IMG/VR virus record: IMGVR_UViG_3300035137_000026 | Coordinates: 32,001-96,000 of that record | Origin: a virus | Reading direction: 5' to 3' (one strand) | DNA: 64,000 nt | Shown: positions 45,178 to 55,406 of the stretch, one piece after another | Position numbering within the stretch: the stretch's first letter is position 1 | Layout: each line of letters opens with the position of its first letter | Translations under genes and position numbers: made by a program | The notes under the pieces: model-generated | The model's input: only the letters and a program-made list of their open reading frames with translations | What the model was told of the DNA's origin: nothing | The model's database searches: none

Positions 45178-46572
45178 ATGGCTATTGATAGAGGATATGT
45201 TCCGAATCACAAAGTGTGGGACAGAATGGGTCGAGTTACTCCCAATGTGGAGCACTCCCACTCCGAGCGTCCTAGCTTTGAAAGTTTTGCTGCGCCATGG
45301 CTGCCAACTCAGCGGTATGATATGGAATATGAATATTACATCACAGTCTCCGCTGGTAAGGTAGTGGCTGAGGATCGCAATGGACACATCGTTCCAGCCG
45401 GTCTCCGCAAAGCCTGGAATAAGGCAGGCGGCACGACTGTTCTTAGCTACACGGCCACAGATGCTGCAGAAAACGTAATTGACCTCACAACCGGTGTGGT
45501 CGTAGCAGGTGTAGTTTCTTACAACCAGACTCAGCTTACCGAGGCTCTTAGAACTCGTGGTCTGATTAAAGAAACAGAATATGCTATGGACTTCATTTCG
45601 AAGCCTATCGGCGTAGCATCTTACAACTACTGGAAAGCCGCAGGCGAAGATCATTACGATCCAGCTAAGCTTTATCAGCACAACTTCCGTCCACAGGCTC
45701 TCGTAGCTGTTACTTGTGACTACTGCATCACGGTGCCAGTAGTTCCAAACGTTGCTACTACAGAGGCTATGGCCAACGACAATACGGCTGGTGCAGCCAA
45801 TCTATTGTCCGACCAGCTCGACGGTACGACACCTCGTGCCAAAGGTTGGTTCAGCTCAGCACAGATTAATGCTGTAACCAAGTATGCTAGCCAGGTTGCT
45901 TCAGGTGACGACCTTGTTTGTTATCTGTTTGATGCTTATCCACTAGCACACGTTACGGACGACACTCCAATGACAGCTTCTGTAGCTGGTCTTGTAGCAA
46001 AGAAAACATCTCTCAGTGCTGTAAGTGCTGCAGGCGATTACTACATTGACCACGATCTTGGTTTGCTGTTTGTGTATGAATCTGGCGGAAACGCAATCCC
46101 GTCTCCATGGACTACAAGTTCCACAATCACATATTACAACTACGAGTCTGTCGTAAGCGGTGCTGGTAATAGTTATATGTGTGCAACGGGCGACCTGAAT
46201 TTCGGCGACTTCCTCACATATGATGAGGATAGTAACCTAATCAAGGCTAATCTAGATATTGGTACTGCAGAAGGCTACAATGCCTCCGGTACAATTTATA
46301 CTGGTGATCCTGCTTATGATTCAGGTAGCAACGATGTTATTTCGCTTCAGCTTGAGCAGGCTATTAGCAACCACTGCGCTGGTATTGTTGGCCAGATCAT
46401 TGGTGAAACAAATTACCCACGTGATTATCTTGACAGAGTAAAGACAGCCTACCATGGCTATTCCGCTGCCAACATGAGAACTCCTGGTTCTGCTACCGGC
46501 GGACGTAGTGATCAGTTGACATACACTGGCGCTGCTGAGAAGATGATCATCGTTAACCTTATCATGCGATAA
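45178..46572 (+). CDS. Structural protein upstream of the MCP (capsid decoration/minor capsid candidate)
   Basis: Position and composition only. Confidence 0.55.
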   Translation: MAIDRGYVPNHKVWDRMGRVTPNVEHSHSERPSFESFAAPWLPTQRYDMEYEYYITVSAGKVVAEDRNGHIVPAGLRKAWNKAGGTTVLSYTATDAAENVIDLTTGVVVAGVVSYNQTQLTEALRTRGLIKETEYAMDFISKPIGVASYNYWKAAGEDHYDPAKLYQHNFRPQALVAVTCDYCITVPVVPNVATTEAMANDNTAGAANLLSDQLDGTTPRAKGWFSSAQINAVTKYASQVASGDDLVCYLFDAYPLAHVTDDTPMTASVAGLVAKKTSLSAVSAAGDYYIDHDLGLLFVYESGGNAIPSPWTTSSTITYYNYESVVSGAGNSYMCATGDLNFGDFLTYDEDSNLIKANLDIGTAEGYNASGTIYTGDPAYDSGSNDVISLQLEQAISNHCAGIVGQIIGETNYPRDYLDRVKTAYHGYSAANMRTPGSATGGRSDQLTYTGAAEKMIIVNLIMR

Positions 46573-46598
46573 TCATTAGTCGAGGAGGAATTACTAAA

Positions 46599-47867
46599 AT
46601 GACTAATCAGTTTGATCCAGCAAAAGTCTTCGGCGATAGTTACGAGCTGTACCGGGACACGTGGCACAACAATGGATTTAATGTTCCTGCGCAGACGCAG
46701 GTTACATTCTCCGACTTGATGGCCACTCCCCAGGCAGCAATCTGGATGCCGAAGATAATCGAAGAGATCGTGCGTGAGCCGGTTGAACCGATGCTCATCA
46801 TCCCATCTCTACTCGATAGAATCGCCTATACACCAGCTGCTCGCATTACGTTCCCAGCAATGGGTGCTATGATAGCGTTCGACCTTGCAGAAGGCCAGAC
46901 CTACAGAGAGCAGAGCCTGAACGTCGCTCCAGGTAGCATCACGATCAACGTTGGTAAAACAGGTATCATGTTCAAGATTACTGAAGAGATGCAGAAGTAC
47001 TCTCAGTATGACATCATGAATATGCATATCCGTGCTGGCCGACGTGGTCTTGACCGCCACAAAGAGAAGAAGGGTATGGACTTTGTCTCTGGTATGGGTG
47101 TCACGCTTTTTGATAATATTGACCCAACAAGTTCTGTATATGGTACGTGCACAGGTCGTAATATCACAGGTGCTGCAAACGGCTCCTGTCGTATGGAAGA
47201 CTTACTACGTGCATATAGCCATATCATGATGCAGGGTTACACACCTGACACAATTCTCCTTCACCCACTGGCATGGTCCATGTGGATGATTGATCCGTTC
47301 CTACAGACAATTGCCAAGAATACTGGCAACGGTCAGTGGTTCCAGCGTGTAAACATGCCTAAGCAGGGTCTCCCATGGAGTTCTGCTAACCAGAGCGGTA
47401 TGGGTATGCAGGGCGGAAGCGGACAGTACACACCTCCAGGTAATGCTGCTAGTGAGACTCCGACTGACCCAACTAACGCAGGAGAATTTGATCAGAACCT
47501 TAATACTCCGGCTGTAGTTCCAAGCTACTTCCCATATCCACTACGTGTAATCGTGTCCCCGTTCGTACCATTCGACGAGGATAACGAGACATGCGACATT
47601 ATGATCTTTGATTCTGCTAACCTTGGTGCGATGGTTGTGGATGAAGATGTCATTACGGATCAGATGGAAGACTGGAACGCAGACATTATTAAAGTGAAGC
47701 TGAGAGAACGCTATGGCTTCGCAGTTTATGAAGATGGCCTTGCTGTAGGTGTTATGCGTAACATCCCAATTAAGGCCAACGAGATTGCGCTCCCAGTTCA
47801 TCCGACAATCTCTGCTGCTGGTTCTCTAGATGAGATTGATGTAACGACTGCAATCGCTGGTCTATAA
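46599..47867 (+). CDS. Major capsid protein (HK97-fold candidate)
   Basis: 422 aa; MPKIIEEIVRE, AFDLAEG..Y.E, KTGIMFKITEEM...SQYD, VKLRERYG motifs; strong SD; followed by a terminator. Confidence 0.85.
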   Translation: MTNQFDPAKVFGDSYELYRDTWHNNGFNVPAQTQVTFSDLMATPQAAIWMPKIIEEIVREPVEPMLIIPSLLDRIAYTPAARITFPAMGAMIAFDLAEGQTYREQSLNVAPGSITINVGKTGIMFKITEEMQKYSQYDIMNMHIRAGRRGLDRHKEKKGMDFVSGMGVTLFDNIDPTSSVYGTCTGRNITGAANGSCRMEDLLRAYSHIMMQGYTPDTILLHPLAWSMWMIDPFLQTIAKNTGNGQWFQRVNMPKQGLPWSSANQSGMGMQGGSGQYTPPGNAASETPTDPTNAGEFDQNLNTPAVVPSYFPYPLRVIVSPFVPFDEDNETCDIMIFDSANLGAMVVDEDVITDQMEDWNADIIKVKLRERYGFAVYEDGLAVGVMRNIPIKANEIALPVHPTISAAGSLDEIDVTTAIAGL

Positions 47868-47895
47868 GCATCGCTCGTCGTGATGTAGCTTTCAG

Positions 47896-47936
47896 AAGGG
47901 GAGGAGGAGTGCAGATTCCTCTTCCCCTTTTGTTTT
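47896..47936 (+). terminator. Rho-independent terminator after the MCP gene
   Basis: 13-bp stem AAGGGGAGGAGGA/TCCTCTTCCCCTT, 8-nt loop, then TTGTTTT. Confidence 0.85.
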
Positions 47937-47962
47937 ATAAACACCGAACCAAGGAGTTCTAA

Positions 47963-48490
47963 ATGAGACTCGTAAGATTGAAGCTAAGGGGATCTTGTCC
48001 GTTTTGGATGATGCCTCCTATTCGGCTTCACAGCAAGGAAACAACCAGTCCACTAATTGATGTTGATAAGCTAAATCATGCTCAGAAGGATATCATCAAT
48101 AAGTCTGTAAGATCACAGGAAATTATGCTAGTAGACCCTGATGGCATCAAGGTACTAGGTAGCCTAAATGATGTTGGCGTTTGTCCAGAGCCGCAGGTAA
48201 GCATCGAAGATATTGATATCGACCAAGATGTGATACCAGAGATGGTGTCTGTAACAGTAGATGATCTGCCGGAAGACAAGGACAACGAGTGGATTATGGA
48301 TCCCAAGTACTTTGATGATGCTAAACTTTTCTTGGATAAGCATTTCAGTACTGTGAAGAAAGATCTAAAAGCTCTTGAATTGACGGATGAAAACCTTATG
48401 CTGCTGCATGCATGCTTGCATGAAGAAGTAGAAGGCAAGAAGCGAAATAGTGTAATCAGTGCTATTCATACTCAGCTCGAGAGGTACTAA
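47963..48490 (+). CDS. Hypothetical protein
   Basis: AAGGAG SD; 175 aa. Confidence 0.7.
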   Translation: MRLVRLKLRGSCPFWMMPPIRLHSKETTSPLIDVDKLNHAQKDIINKSVRSQEIMLVDPDGIKVLGSLNDVGVCPEPQVSIEDIDIDQDVIPEMVSVTVDDLPEDKDNEWIMDPKYFDDAKLFLDKHFSTVKKDLKALELTDENLMLLHACLHEEVEGKKRNSVISAIHTQLERY

Positions 48491-48491
48491 G

Positions 48492-48791
48492 ATGGGAAAT
48501 ACGAAGCTCGAACAAGTCAAAGAGAAGGCTAAGGAAGAAATAGAGCTGATTCCTGATAAGAGGACCAAGAAGAATCTTACTGTATTTGAGAAGATTTCTA
48601 GGAACATTTATATTAAGAATGGCTTCAGGTTTATTCGAAATCTTCGCAAGGAGGCCGCTAGACAAAAAGCCATGAAAGTAGCCAAAGACTTTGAAAAACA
48701 GACCCGACAAATTGAGTACGTACCAGATGTTCCATCCCATGCATACGAACGTGAGTTAGCTGATAGCTTTGAGATCTATGAGGAAGACTAA
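48492..48791 (+). CDS. Hypothetical basic protein
   Basis: GAGG SD; start MGNTKLEQ. Confidence 0.6.
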   Translation: MGNTKLEQVKEKAKEEIELIPDKRTKKNLTVFEKISRNIYIKNGFRFIRNLRKEAARQKAMKVAKDFEKQTRQIEYVPDVPSHAYERELADSFEIYEED

Positions 48792-48793
48792 CT

Positions 48794-50596
48794 ATGGCAA
48801 CAACTCCAAATATTGTTGATGTTTATCCGGCTAACGGAGCCAAGGGAATTCCTATTGGAGACCAGGTTACGGTGACATTTGATCAGGAGATGGATGAAGA
48901 TACCATCAATACTGGCACATTTGTTCTAACTGGCCCAGATGAGGCACCGGTATTTGGACCTGTAGATGTTACCCCATTCGATGTACCAGGATTTGAGGAC
49001 GAAGATATTCTATCATCTCCTTATTTTGCTGGTTATGTCAAAGGAACTATTAGCTTTTCTTGGGTGGATGCCTCAGGAGGTGTCGTAGATGACGACCTTG
49101 AGGATACCACGGGTGCGGGTGACCTTTGGCAGACAGTGGCTATATTTACACCAGACAAACCTCTTAAACCAAATGTAGAATACAAGGTCATACTATTGGG
49201 TGATGAAGCTCCTGCGGATGATTTTGATACTGGAATCAAGACAAGAACAGTCTTTGATACAGAATTCACAGGCTCCGGTACTGGTCGGCTTACGTTCCAT
49301 GGTGGTTACACAGGCGATGAAGACCGGACTTATGTGGTAGAAATTACTTCTGGTGGCTCTACTGGAGATGCAGAATATATTTGGTGGAAGACTAGTGATC
49401 CTCTTACAACTTATGCAGGCATCACATCTACTGGCGCTAGAGAGCTAGAAGATGGTGTCTATATCCTCTGCGATGCAGATGGCACCTTTACAACGGGAGA
49501 TCAATTTCAAGCTGTTGTGGTGCCTGCGCTTACTCTAGAAAACAACTACAACTGGTCATTCTTTACTGGCAGTGGTTCTATCCTGACACCGCCTTCTACA
49601 AGTCCTACAAGTGGCATTGAGAGCGTTGCAGGTAACATCGTTGGTTCTGGTACTTATTCATCTTTCTCTGTCACTGAGATTAGTCCAGAGGATGGAGAAT
49701 ATGGTATACCAATTAGCGAAGACCCTTATGCCGGAGAAACCATCACAGTTACATTCTCTGACGATCCTAATCCAGCCACTCTTGCAGGCGATGCTATTAG
49801 CGTTAAGAGTATACCAGCCAATGGTGATTGGGATACATTTGATGCGACTGGAGACTTAGAGTTTGTGGCAAGTCTTGTTGATAATGTTCTCACAATTGAT
49901 CTTGATCCTGGCCAACTACTTGAAAATAATATAGTTATCTTGGAGCTAGATAAATCAATTGCTGATGCAGATGGTGTCACCTTAGGCACAGATTTGGAAT
50001 TCTACTTTGGAACGACATATACACCTCTATATTCGAGCGAGAGACGTATTCGTTTGGATATTGGGCCACTTATTACTGATGTGCCTGAAGAGACAATAAT
50101 GCTAGCCATTCTCGAGGCTAGTCTCCAGGCAGAGGCCAATACCCTCAGCACAGTAATTCATAATTACACTTATTTTAAACAGGCTAGGTGGCAGTATACT
50201 ACTTGCCTGGCAGAAATGACCCTCGTGAAAGCACTTCTGGGCGATACTAGTCTCAGCGATGGCATGTCCAAGAGGCTCGGAGAGCTGAGTGTTACACGTA
50301 CAGGTGGAACCGATTATTTACTTAATCTGCTGGCTAAATTAGAAGACTGTGCTTTCGGGTGGGAAACGTCTATACAGACAGGTGGAGATGTTACTCGAGG
50401 TACTAGCTTAAGGCCTCGGGTTAGCGTGAAGGGTGCTTTAGCAGAGGATGCTATTGTTGTACATCGTCAGTGGGAGCCGACATCATCTCTCGGTCCTACA
50501 GACCGTATGGCGGCAGCCAATGCGAATGTCTATTCCTCTGGGCGAAGAGACCTAAAGACCTTCAGACGTAGGAATGGCAATACAAATGGCTGGTAA
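48794..50596 (+). CDS. Virion protein with Ig-like (Big_5-type) domains and a helical C-terminal head-tail-adaptor-like region
   Basis: IVDVYPANGAKGIPIGDQVTVTFDQEMD...TFVL and VTEISPEDGEYGI...ITVTFS Ig-like starts. Confidence 0.6.
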   Translation: MATTPNIVDVYPANGAKGIPIGDQVTVTFDQEMDEDTINTGTFVLTGPDEAPVFGPVDVTPFDVPGFEDEDILSSPYFAGYVKGTISFSWVDASGGVVDDDLEDTTGAGDLWQTVAIFTPDKPLKPNVEYKVILLGDEAPADDFDTGIKTRTVFDTEFTGSGTGRLTFHGGYTGDEDRTYVVEITSGGSTGDAEYIWWKTSDPLTTYAGITSTGARELEDGVYILCDADGTFTTGDQFQAVVVPALTLENNYNWSFFTGSGSILTPPSTSPTSGIESVAGNIVGSGTYSSFSVTEISPEDGEYGIPISEDPYAGETITVTFSDDPNPATLAGDAISVKSIPANGDWDTFDATGDLEFVASLVDNVLTIDLDPGQLLENNIVILELDKSIADADGVTLGTDLEFYFGTTYTPLYSSERRIRLDIGPLITDVPEETIMLAILEASLQAEANTLSTVIHNYTYFKQARWQYTTCLAEMTLVKALLGDTSLSDGMSKRLGELSVTRTGGTDYLLNLLAKLEDCAFGWETSIQTGGDVTRGTSLRPRVSVKGALAEDAIVVHRQWEPTSSLGPTDRMAAANANVYSSGRRDLKTFRRRNGNTNGW

Positions 50597-51149
50597 TATC
50601 AGAAATCCCTATCGTAGCGGTGGTAGCAGTATAGAGATCGATCTTCGTGAGGAGATGGAACAGTTACTTTACGGCTCTGCTGGCGAGATAGCCAAAGGCA
50701 AGAAGGGATTGCTAAGGAAGATGCGTCGGGACTCCGAGGGCGAGCTAATTAGGTGTCCTTGCAGGAATAAAGTGACCGACGAACCTGACCGTGACTCCTT
50801 TTGCAGATACTGTCATGGTCATGGATATTTTTGGGATGAGTACGAAATAGTGTATTATAAGAATGATGACTCGTTTCGAACGATCGAGGGAAAAGTTCAA
50901 GAATATAAAGGCGATATGTTCTTCTTTCAGTACTTTGAAGATCTATCACCGTCTGACTTTATTATTGAACTAGCGCTTGACAATGATGGAGCGCCCGAGC
51001 AGCCAGTACAGAGATTGAAAGTATATGATATTATAAGTGCTGACCAGTTTAGGGCCGATTACGGCCGGGTGGAATTTTGGCAGGTTAGAGCTAAATTCCA
51101 GCGTAAATGGAGCGTGTGGTATGGTGTCAAAAATAGACAATATAACTAA
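50574..51149 (+). CDS. Putative neck/head-closure protein with Cys cluster
   Basis: CPC...PD...CRYCHGHG; position between adaptor and tail terminator. Confidence 0.5.
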   Translation: MAIQMAGNIRNPYRSGGSSIEIDLREEMEQLLYGSAGEIAKGKKGLLRKMRRDSEGELIRCPCRNKVTDEPDRDSFCRYCHGHGYFWDEYEIVYYKNDDSFRTIEGKVQEYKGDMFFFQYFEDLSPSDFIIELALDNDGAPEQPVQRLKVYDIISADQFRADYGRVEFWQVRAKFQRKWSVWYGVKNRQYN

Positions 51150-51828
51150 GCTACCTGAACTAGGTAGCAATAGTCGTTTGTCTGAGGCTGAAGTTACTCA
51201 GCAGATTGACAAGTATTTTCGAGATATTAGTGCAGTCAAACATCAGCAGCCAGCGCTCAATACTATTGTCGAATTTTTCGGCTTGGTACAGAAGGCTATT
51301 CGTTCTAGGGAAGTCTCAGAGAAGGTTCCCGAGGACAAGAGGCTTCTAGTTTTGGCAAATGACCCGCCAGAAGAGATTGATAGTGAGGCTATCACATTCT
51401 ATCTTCAGAGCAGAACGCCAGGACAGTTTAATAGGGGTTCACAAGGTAACATGAGAGTAAAAGAGGTTGTGCCCCACGTTAGAAGTATACAACAGCATCC
51501 AGAACATCTAGGTGAAAAGCTAGTGACTATGGGGCGGTTTTTCGATAACTATGTGGCATTCAATGTGTATGCCCGTGATGATTATGCAGCACTTAATAGA
51601 GTGTTGTGGCTTGAAAATGTAATGGACAGTTTCCGCTGGTACTTTGGCGTGCATGGAATAAGAAGAGTAATTGAAGAGGGTGTGGGAGACAAGGAGCGAC
51701 TCAAGATCGGCGAACTTACGTTAACTAAATATCCAATGTCCTACTTTGTTAGGACTGAAGATACATATCAGTTTGGCTCTCAGGAACTCAAGAATGTTGA
51801 GCTTAACACCTATGTATCGAGTAACTAG
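51121..51828 (+). CDS. Putative tail completion/terminator protein
   Basis: Immediately upstream of the sheath; FDNYVAFNVYA motif. Confidence 0.5.
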   Translation: MVSKIDNITKLPELGSNSRLSEAEVTQQIDKYFRDISAVKHQQPALNTIVEFFGLVQKAIRSREVSEKVPEDKRLLVLANDPPEEIDSEAITFYLQSRTPGQFNRGSQGNMRVKEVVPHVRSIQQHPEHLGEKLVTMGRFFDNYVAFNVYARDDYAALNRVLWLENVMDSFRWYFGVHGIRRVIEEGVGDKERLKIGELTLTKYPMSYFVRTEDTYQFGSQELKNVELNTYVSSN

Positions 51829-51840
51829 AGGAGGGTAATC

Positions 51841-53751
51841 ATGCCTGACACAAATGTTCAGTATGAGAATCTTGCTGGAGTCATTGTTTGGAAACAGGAC
51901 GGTAACCTAGTAGCCGAAGCACCGACGAGAGGCCCTGTGACACTTATTGTGGGTACGGCAGGCCGAGGTGTTGGAAGCACAGCTTACACCGTAGCCGATA
52001 CAGCAATAGCTAAGAATGAGTTTGGAACCGAAGGTACTCTGCTTCGTGGAATGTGGGAAGCTCGTAAGATGGGTGCCGACGATATGATGCTATATCGTAT
52101 TGGGGCAACCTCTGCTTCTGTCACAGGAATCGGTGACTCTTCTGGTAGTGGCGGTTATACGGTTGCTACAGTAGAGCAAGATGCAGATGCAGGTGGAAAC
52201 TATGCTCTGTATTACGACGACTCAGAAGATCGCCTTGTTGTTAAGCGGAATTCTGATGACCTGGTTGTTTATGACAATGATGAGACAACTCCAATCGATC
52301 TGTTTGAAGTTGTTGTAAGCGGATATCGAGCAAGTGTTGGTGGACCCGATATCGGTTCGCCCAGTGCTTATGTAAATCTAGAAGATATTGATTCAAGTTC
52401 ATATGCCGGCACTAGCTTTACTGCTGGTGACGATGGCCTTGGTCTTTCTCGTATGGAAATGTATGAGAAGCTCTATGTTGCATATGAAGACTTGAAACTA
52501 TCTAACTTTGACGTGATCGTTCCTATGGACGTGTATCTTGATGACTATAATGTTGTTAATCAGGGTCATTACTTGGGATCAGTTACTCCCGAGACTCTAA
52601 CTCTAAACACCTATCCGACACAGGGTCGTTTCCGCCCGGGCCAGGATGTAGACTCTCTCGGTAAAATATATGTAGAGGAGTATGAGGGGAACTATTACTT
52701 CTGGTGGTGGTTCAACGATGGTTCTGGCGTGTTTACAGCTGCGGACATTTATCCAGTAGATGCTCCAGGGTCTGGTTCTTCCACGACTAAGATCGACGGT
52801 ACTGCTCTCACGAAAGATGACTTCCACGAGGTAAACTTTGCTTACCAACTTGGTCGTTTTCTCTATGAGTACAGCACTAATATCGTAGATGCAACGGGTG
52901 TTATTGGTGTCCTACCACCAGTGTCTAATAGCCTTACAGATAAGGCTCGCTGGGTCGGTACATCTCCAACACTTACATTGGATACAACAAGTGGCCTTTA
53001 TTACATTGCAGCTGCAAGCGATAATGGTACGGGTCTTCTTGGTAACAAGTTCATGGGTGGTCGTTACGATCACAGATCTGGTATTGCCGGCGGTGGATTC
53101 ATTGCTACGGATACCAAGTTCATGGATGGTACGGAGATCGAAGATGACAACGAGATCGCAGTAGACCTGGGGAAATACATCAACATTACCCCAGACTATC
53201 CGCTGCTACGTAATAACTACAGCGCAACTACATATCCAGCCGCATTTGCAGCTTCATATGGTGGCTTCTACATTAACCGTGAGCCAAATAGCGCTCCAAC
53301 GAATAAGACAGTCAATAGCGCTGCTATCCTGTTCAAGTTTGGCCTCCAGACGCTAGATGATCTAGCTGGTGCTGGTTATACAGTGCTACGCCAGAAGACT
53401 ACAGGTCTGGTAATTGCCGATGCTCCAACAGCTGCTCTGGCAACTAGTGACTGGACACGCCTGTCGACGGTTCGTATCGTGAAGGCAATTATCGATGGAT
53501 GCCGTGATGCTGTAGATCGATTCCTCGGTGAAGGAATGTCCGATGCCACAAGAGCTAATATGAAGCAGTCCATTGAGAACGTTCTCATGGCAGCTAAGAA
53601 AGCTCACTACCTACAGGACTACAAGCCGTTTGAGATCATTCAGACGCCCGACATGGAGGTAGCCGGCCAGGCAACAGTCAATCTAACACTGATCCCAGCA
53701 TTCGAGCTGAGACAGGTAACATTCTCGATTTCGCTTTCGAAATCGGCGTAA
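51841..53751 (+). CDS. Contractile tail sheath protein
   Basis: 636 aa; C-terminal TRLSTVRIVKAIIDGCRDAVDRFLGEG...IENVL...LIPAFELRQV. Confidence 0.88.
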   Translation: MPDTNVQYENLAGVIVWKQDGNLVAEAPTRGPVTLIVGTAGRGVGSTAYTVADTAIAKNEFGTEGTLLRGMWEARKMGADDMMLYRIGATSASVTGIGDSSGSGGYTVATVEQDADAGGNYALYYDDSEDRLVVKRNSDDLVVYDNDETTPIDLFEVVVSGYRASVGGPDIGSPSAYVNLEDIDSSSYAGTSFTAGDDGLGLSRMEMYEKLYVAYEDLKLSNFDVIVPMDVYLDDYNVVNQGHYLGSVTPETLTLNTYPTQGRFRPGQDVDSLGKIYVEEYEGNYYFWWWFNDGSGVFTAADIYPVDAPGSGSSTTKIDGTALTKDDFHEVNFAYQLGRFLYEYSTNIVDATGVIGVLPPVSNSLTDKARWVGTSPTLTLDTTSGLYYIAAASDNGTGLLGNKFMGGRYDHRSGIAGGGFIATDTKFMDGTEIEDDNEIAVDLGKYINITPDYPLLRNNYSATTYPAAFAASYGGFYINREPNSAPTNKTVNSAAILFKFGLQTLDDLAGAGYTVLRQKTTGLVIADAPTAALATSDWTRLSTVRIVKAIIDGCRDAVDRFLGEGMSDATRANMKQSIENVLMAAKKAHYLQDYKPFEIIQTPDMEVAGQATVNLTLIPAFELRQVTFSISLSKSA

Positions 53752-53772
53752 TTAAGGAGGTCGGAAAAGACT

Positions 53773-54450
53773 ATGGCACAGCAGTCTGAATTCACCAAAG
53801 GATATAATAGTTTTTCTGGTATAGACATCAAGGCGACCTTCGGCACAAAGGTCATTGGTAGTCTACAGGGAATCTCTTATTCTATCTCCAGAGAGAAAGC
53901 ACCTATCTACACGATGGGTAGCGCAGATCCACGATCCTTTGCTCGAGGTAAACGTGGTATCGCTGGATCGCTTGTATTCGTCCAGTTTGACGCTGATCCG
54001 CTTATGTGGGAGCTGGCAAACCCAGACGACGAGACAAGACGTCTATACTTCTTGTCTGATATCGATGATCTCAGACCGGAGTACAGCAGCGAAGGCGTTA
54101 TTGACGTCGCAACCACAGGAGTATCTGCAGCACCAGGTTCTTCCAACGCACCAGGCGTGAATATTACAGGGCAGGAAAGTAAGATTACGACAGCAGGTGG
54201 CGACCAGGCCAAAGCCATTCCATGGTATGCGGATCAGATTCCACCATTCGATATCGTTCTCGCAGCTGCAAACGAATATGGCGCACTTGCCATCATGAAG
54301 GTTCTTGGCGTTGAGCTAATGAACTCGGGTTATGGTGTATCCGTGGATGACATTGTTTCAGAGCACAGTTTTACGTATATCGCCCACGGTATGCTTCCTT
54401 GGACAAGCCAGGGTATGCATACTGATATGGAAGGCGTAAACCCACGCTAA
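53773..54450 (+). CDS. Tail tube protein
   Basis: SFSGIDIKATFG...LQGISYSISREKAPIYTMG..PRSFARGKRGIAGSLVF; follows the sheath. Confidence 0.8.
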   Translation: MAQQSEFTKGYNSFSGIDIKATFGTKVIGSLQGISYSISREKAPIYTMGSADPRSFARGKRGIAGSLVFVQFDADPLMWELANPDDETRRLYFLSDIDDLRPEYSSEGVIDVATTGVSAAPGSSNAPGVNITGQESKITTAGGDQAKAIPWYADQIPPFDIVLAAANEYGALAIMKVLGVELMNSGYGVSVDDIVSEHSFTYIAHGMLPWTSQGMHTDMEGVNPR

Positions 54451-54506
54451 ACTGTAGTTTCTGAACCCGCTAGCACTCGCTAGCATCTCTCCCACGAGGT
54501 CATAAC

Positions 54507-55406
54507 ATGACTCAAAATCTTGGTACCAAAGCAGGCCCTCTGATTCCTTCCGGCGGACTTATTGCCGGTGATGTTCCACAATATGCACAGGTCTCAGAGT
54601 ATGCCAAATGGTACGGCACCTATAGTGGTGCTGATATTAAGGTAGTAGTGCACTACCCATATGACCCCTCTCTCGAGAAGGCGCTCAATGTTGTTAAGGC
54701 TGAATCCGAGGCAGAATTAGCGACTGAGGAAGCTTACTTTTGGGCCAATAGAGGCTCTATGAATACTAAAACTTTTGCTGACCAGATAGCCAAACTCCAG
54801 GCTTTGCGTGCCGATATTGATAGCCTGGATCAGGAGATAGCAAACGCCAGACTGTTACCGACTTCCAAAACTCTTGGTGAAATTCAGACAATTTCTATAG
54901 GTTCTTATCGAGACAAAGCACCGGTCAGGCCCCTGGGATCAGTGTATCCTAGGGGCTATGTCCGAGGTCCTAGATCAATCTCTGGCACCATGATTTTCAC
55001 GATCTTCCACGAGCATGTATTCTCGGATTTACTTAGACTCACTAATATGAGATATTATAGTACAGGGACTAGTGATTATGACAAATACCAGTACACGACA
55101 ATGCTATCAGACCAACTACCTCCTCTAGATATTAGTCTTGTTTTTGCCAATGAATATGGAGCAATATCTCATATGGGATTGTTTGGTGTTGAGTTCTTCC
55201 AGGAAGGCATGACTTTCTCCATCGAAGACATCTACTCTGAGAACATACTACAATATGTAGCCAGGGACTTTGATCCACTCCGCATTGTTGACCAGCGAGA
55301 AGTAGACACCCAGGGTGTTACAAAGACCTGGGCAAGCACAGCATCGGATATGCTTAGAGAGAAACAAATAGTTGCTTACAGAACACGAAGGAATCCCTTT
55401 ATCTAA
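54507..55406 (+). CDS. Tube-fold paralog (tube initiator/baseplate hub candidate)
   Basis: YSGADIK...IQTISI.S.RDKAPVRPLG...RGPRSISGTMIF, LPPLDISLVFANEYG match the tube gene. Confidence 0.7.
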   Translation: MTQNLGTKAGPLIPSGGLIAGDVPQYAQVSEYAKWYGTYSGADIKVVVHYPYDPSLEKALNVVKAESEAELATEEAYFWANRGSMNTKTFADQIAKLQALRADIDSLDQEIANARLLPTSKTLGEIQTISIGSYRDKAPVRPLGSVYPRGYVRGPRSISGTMIFTIFHEHVFSDLLRLTNMRYYSTGTSDYDKYQYTTMLSDQLPPLDISLVFANEYGAISHMGLFGVEFFQEGMTFSIEDIYSENILQYVARDFDPLRIVDQREVDTQGVTKTWASTASDMLREKQIVAYRTRRNPFI

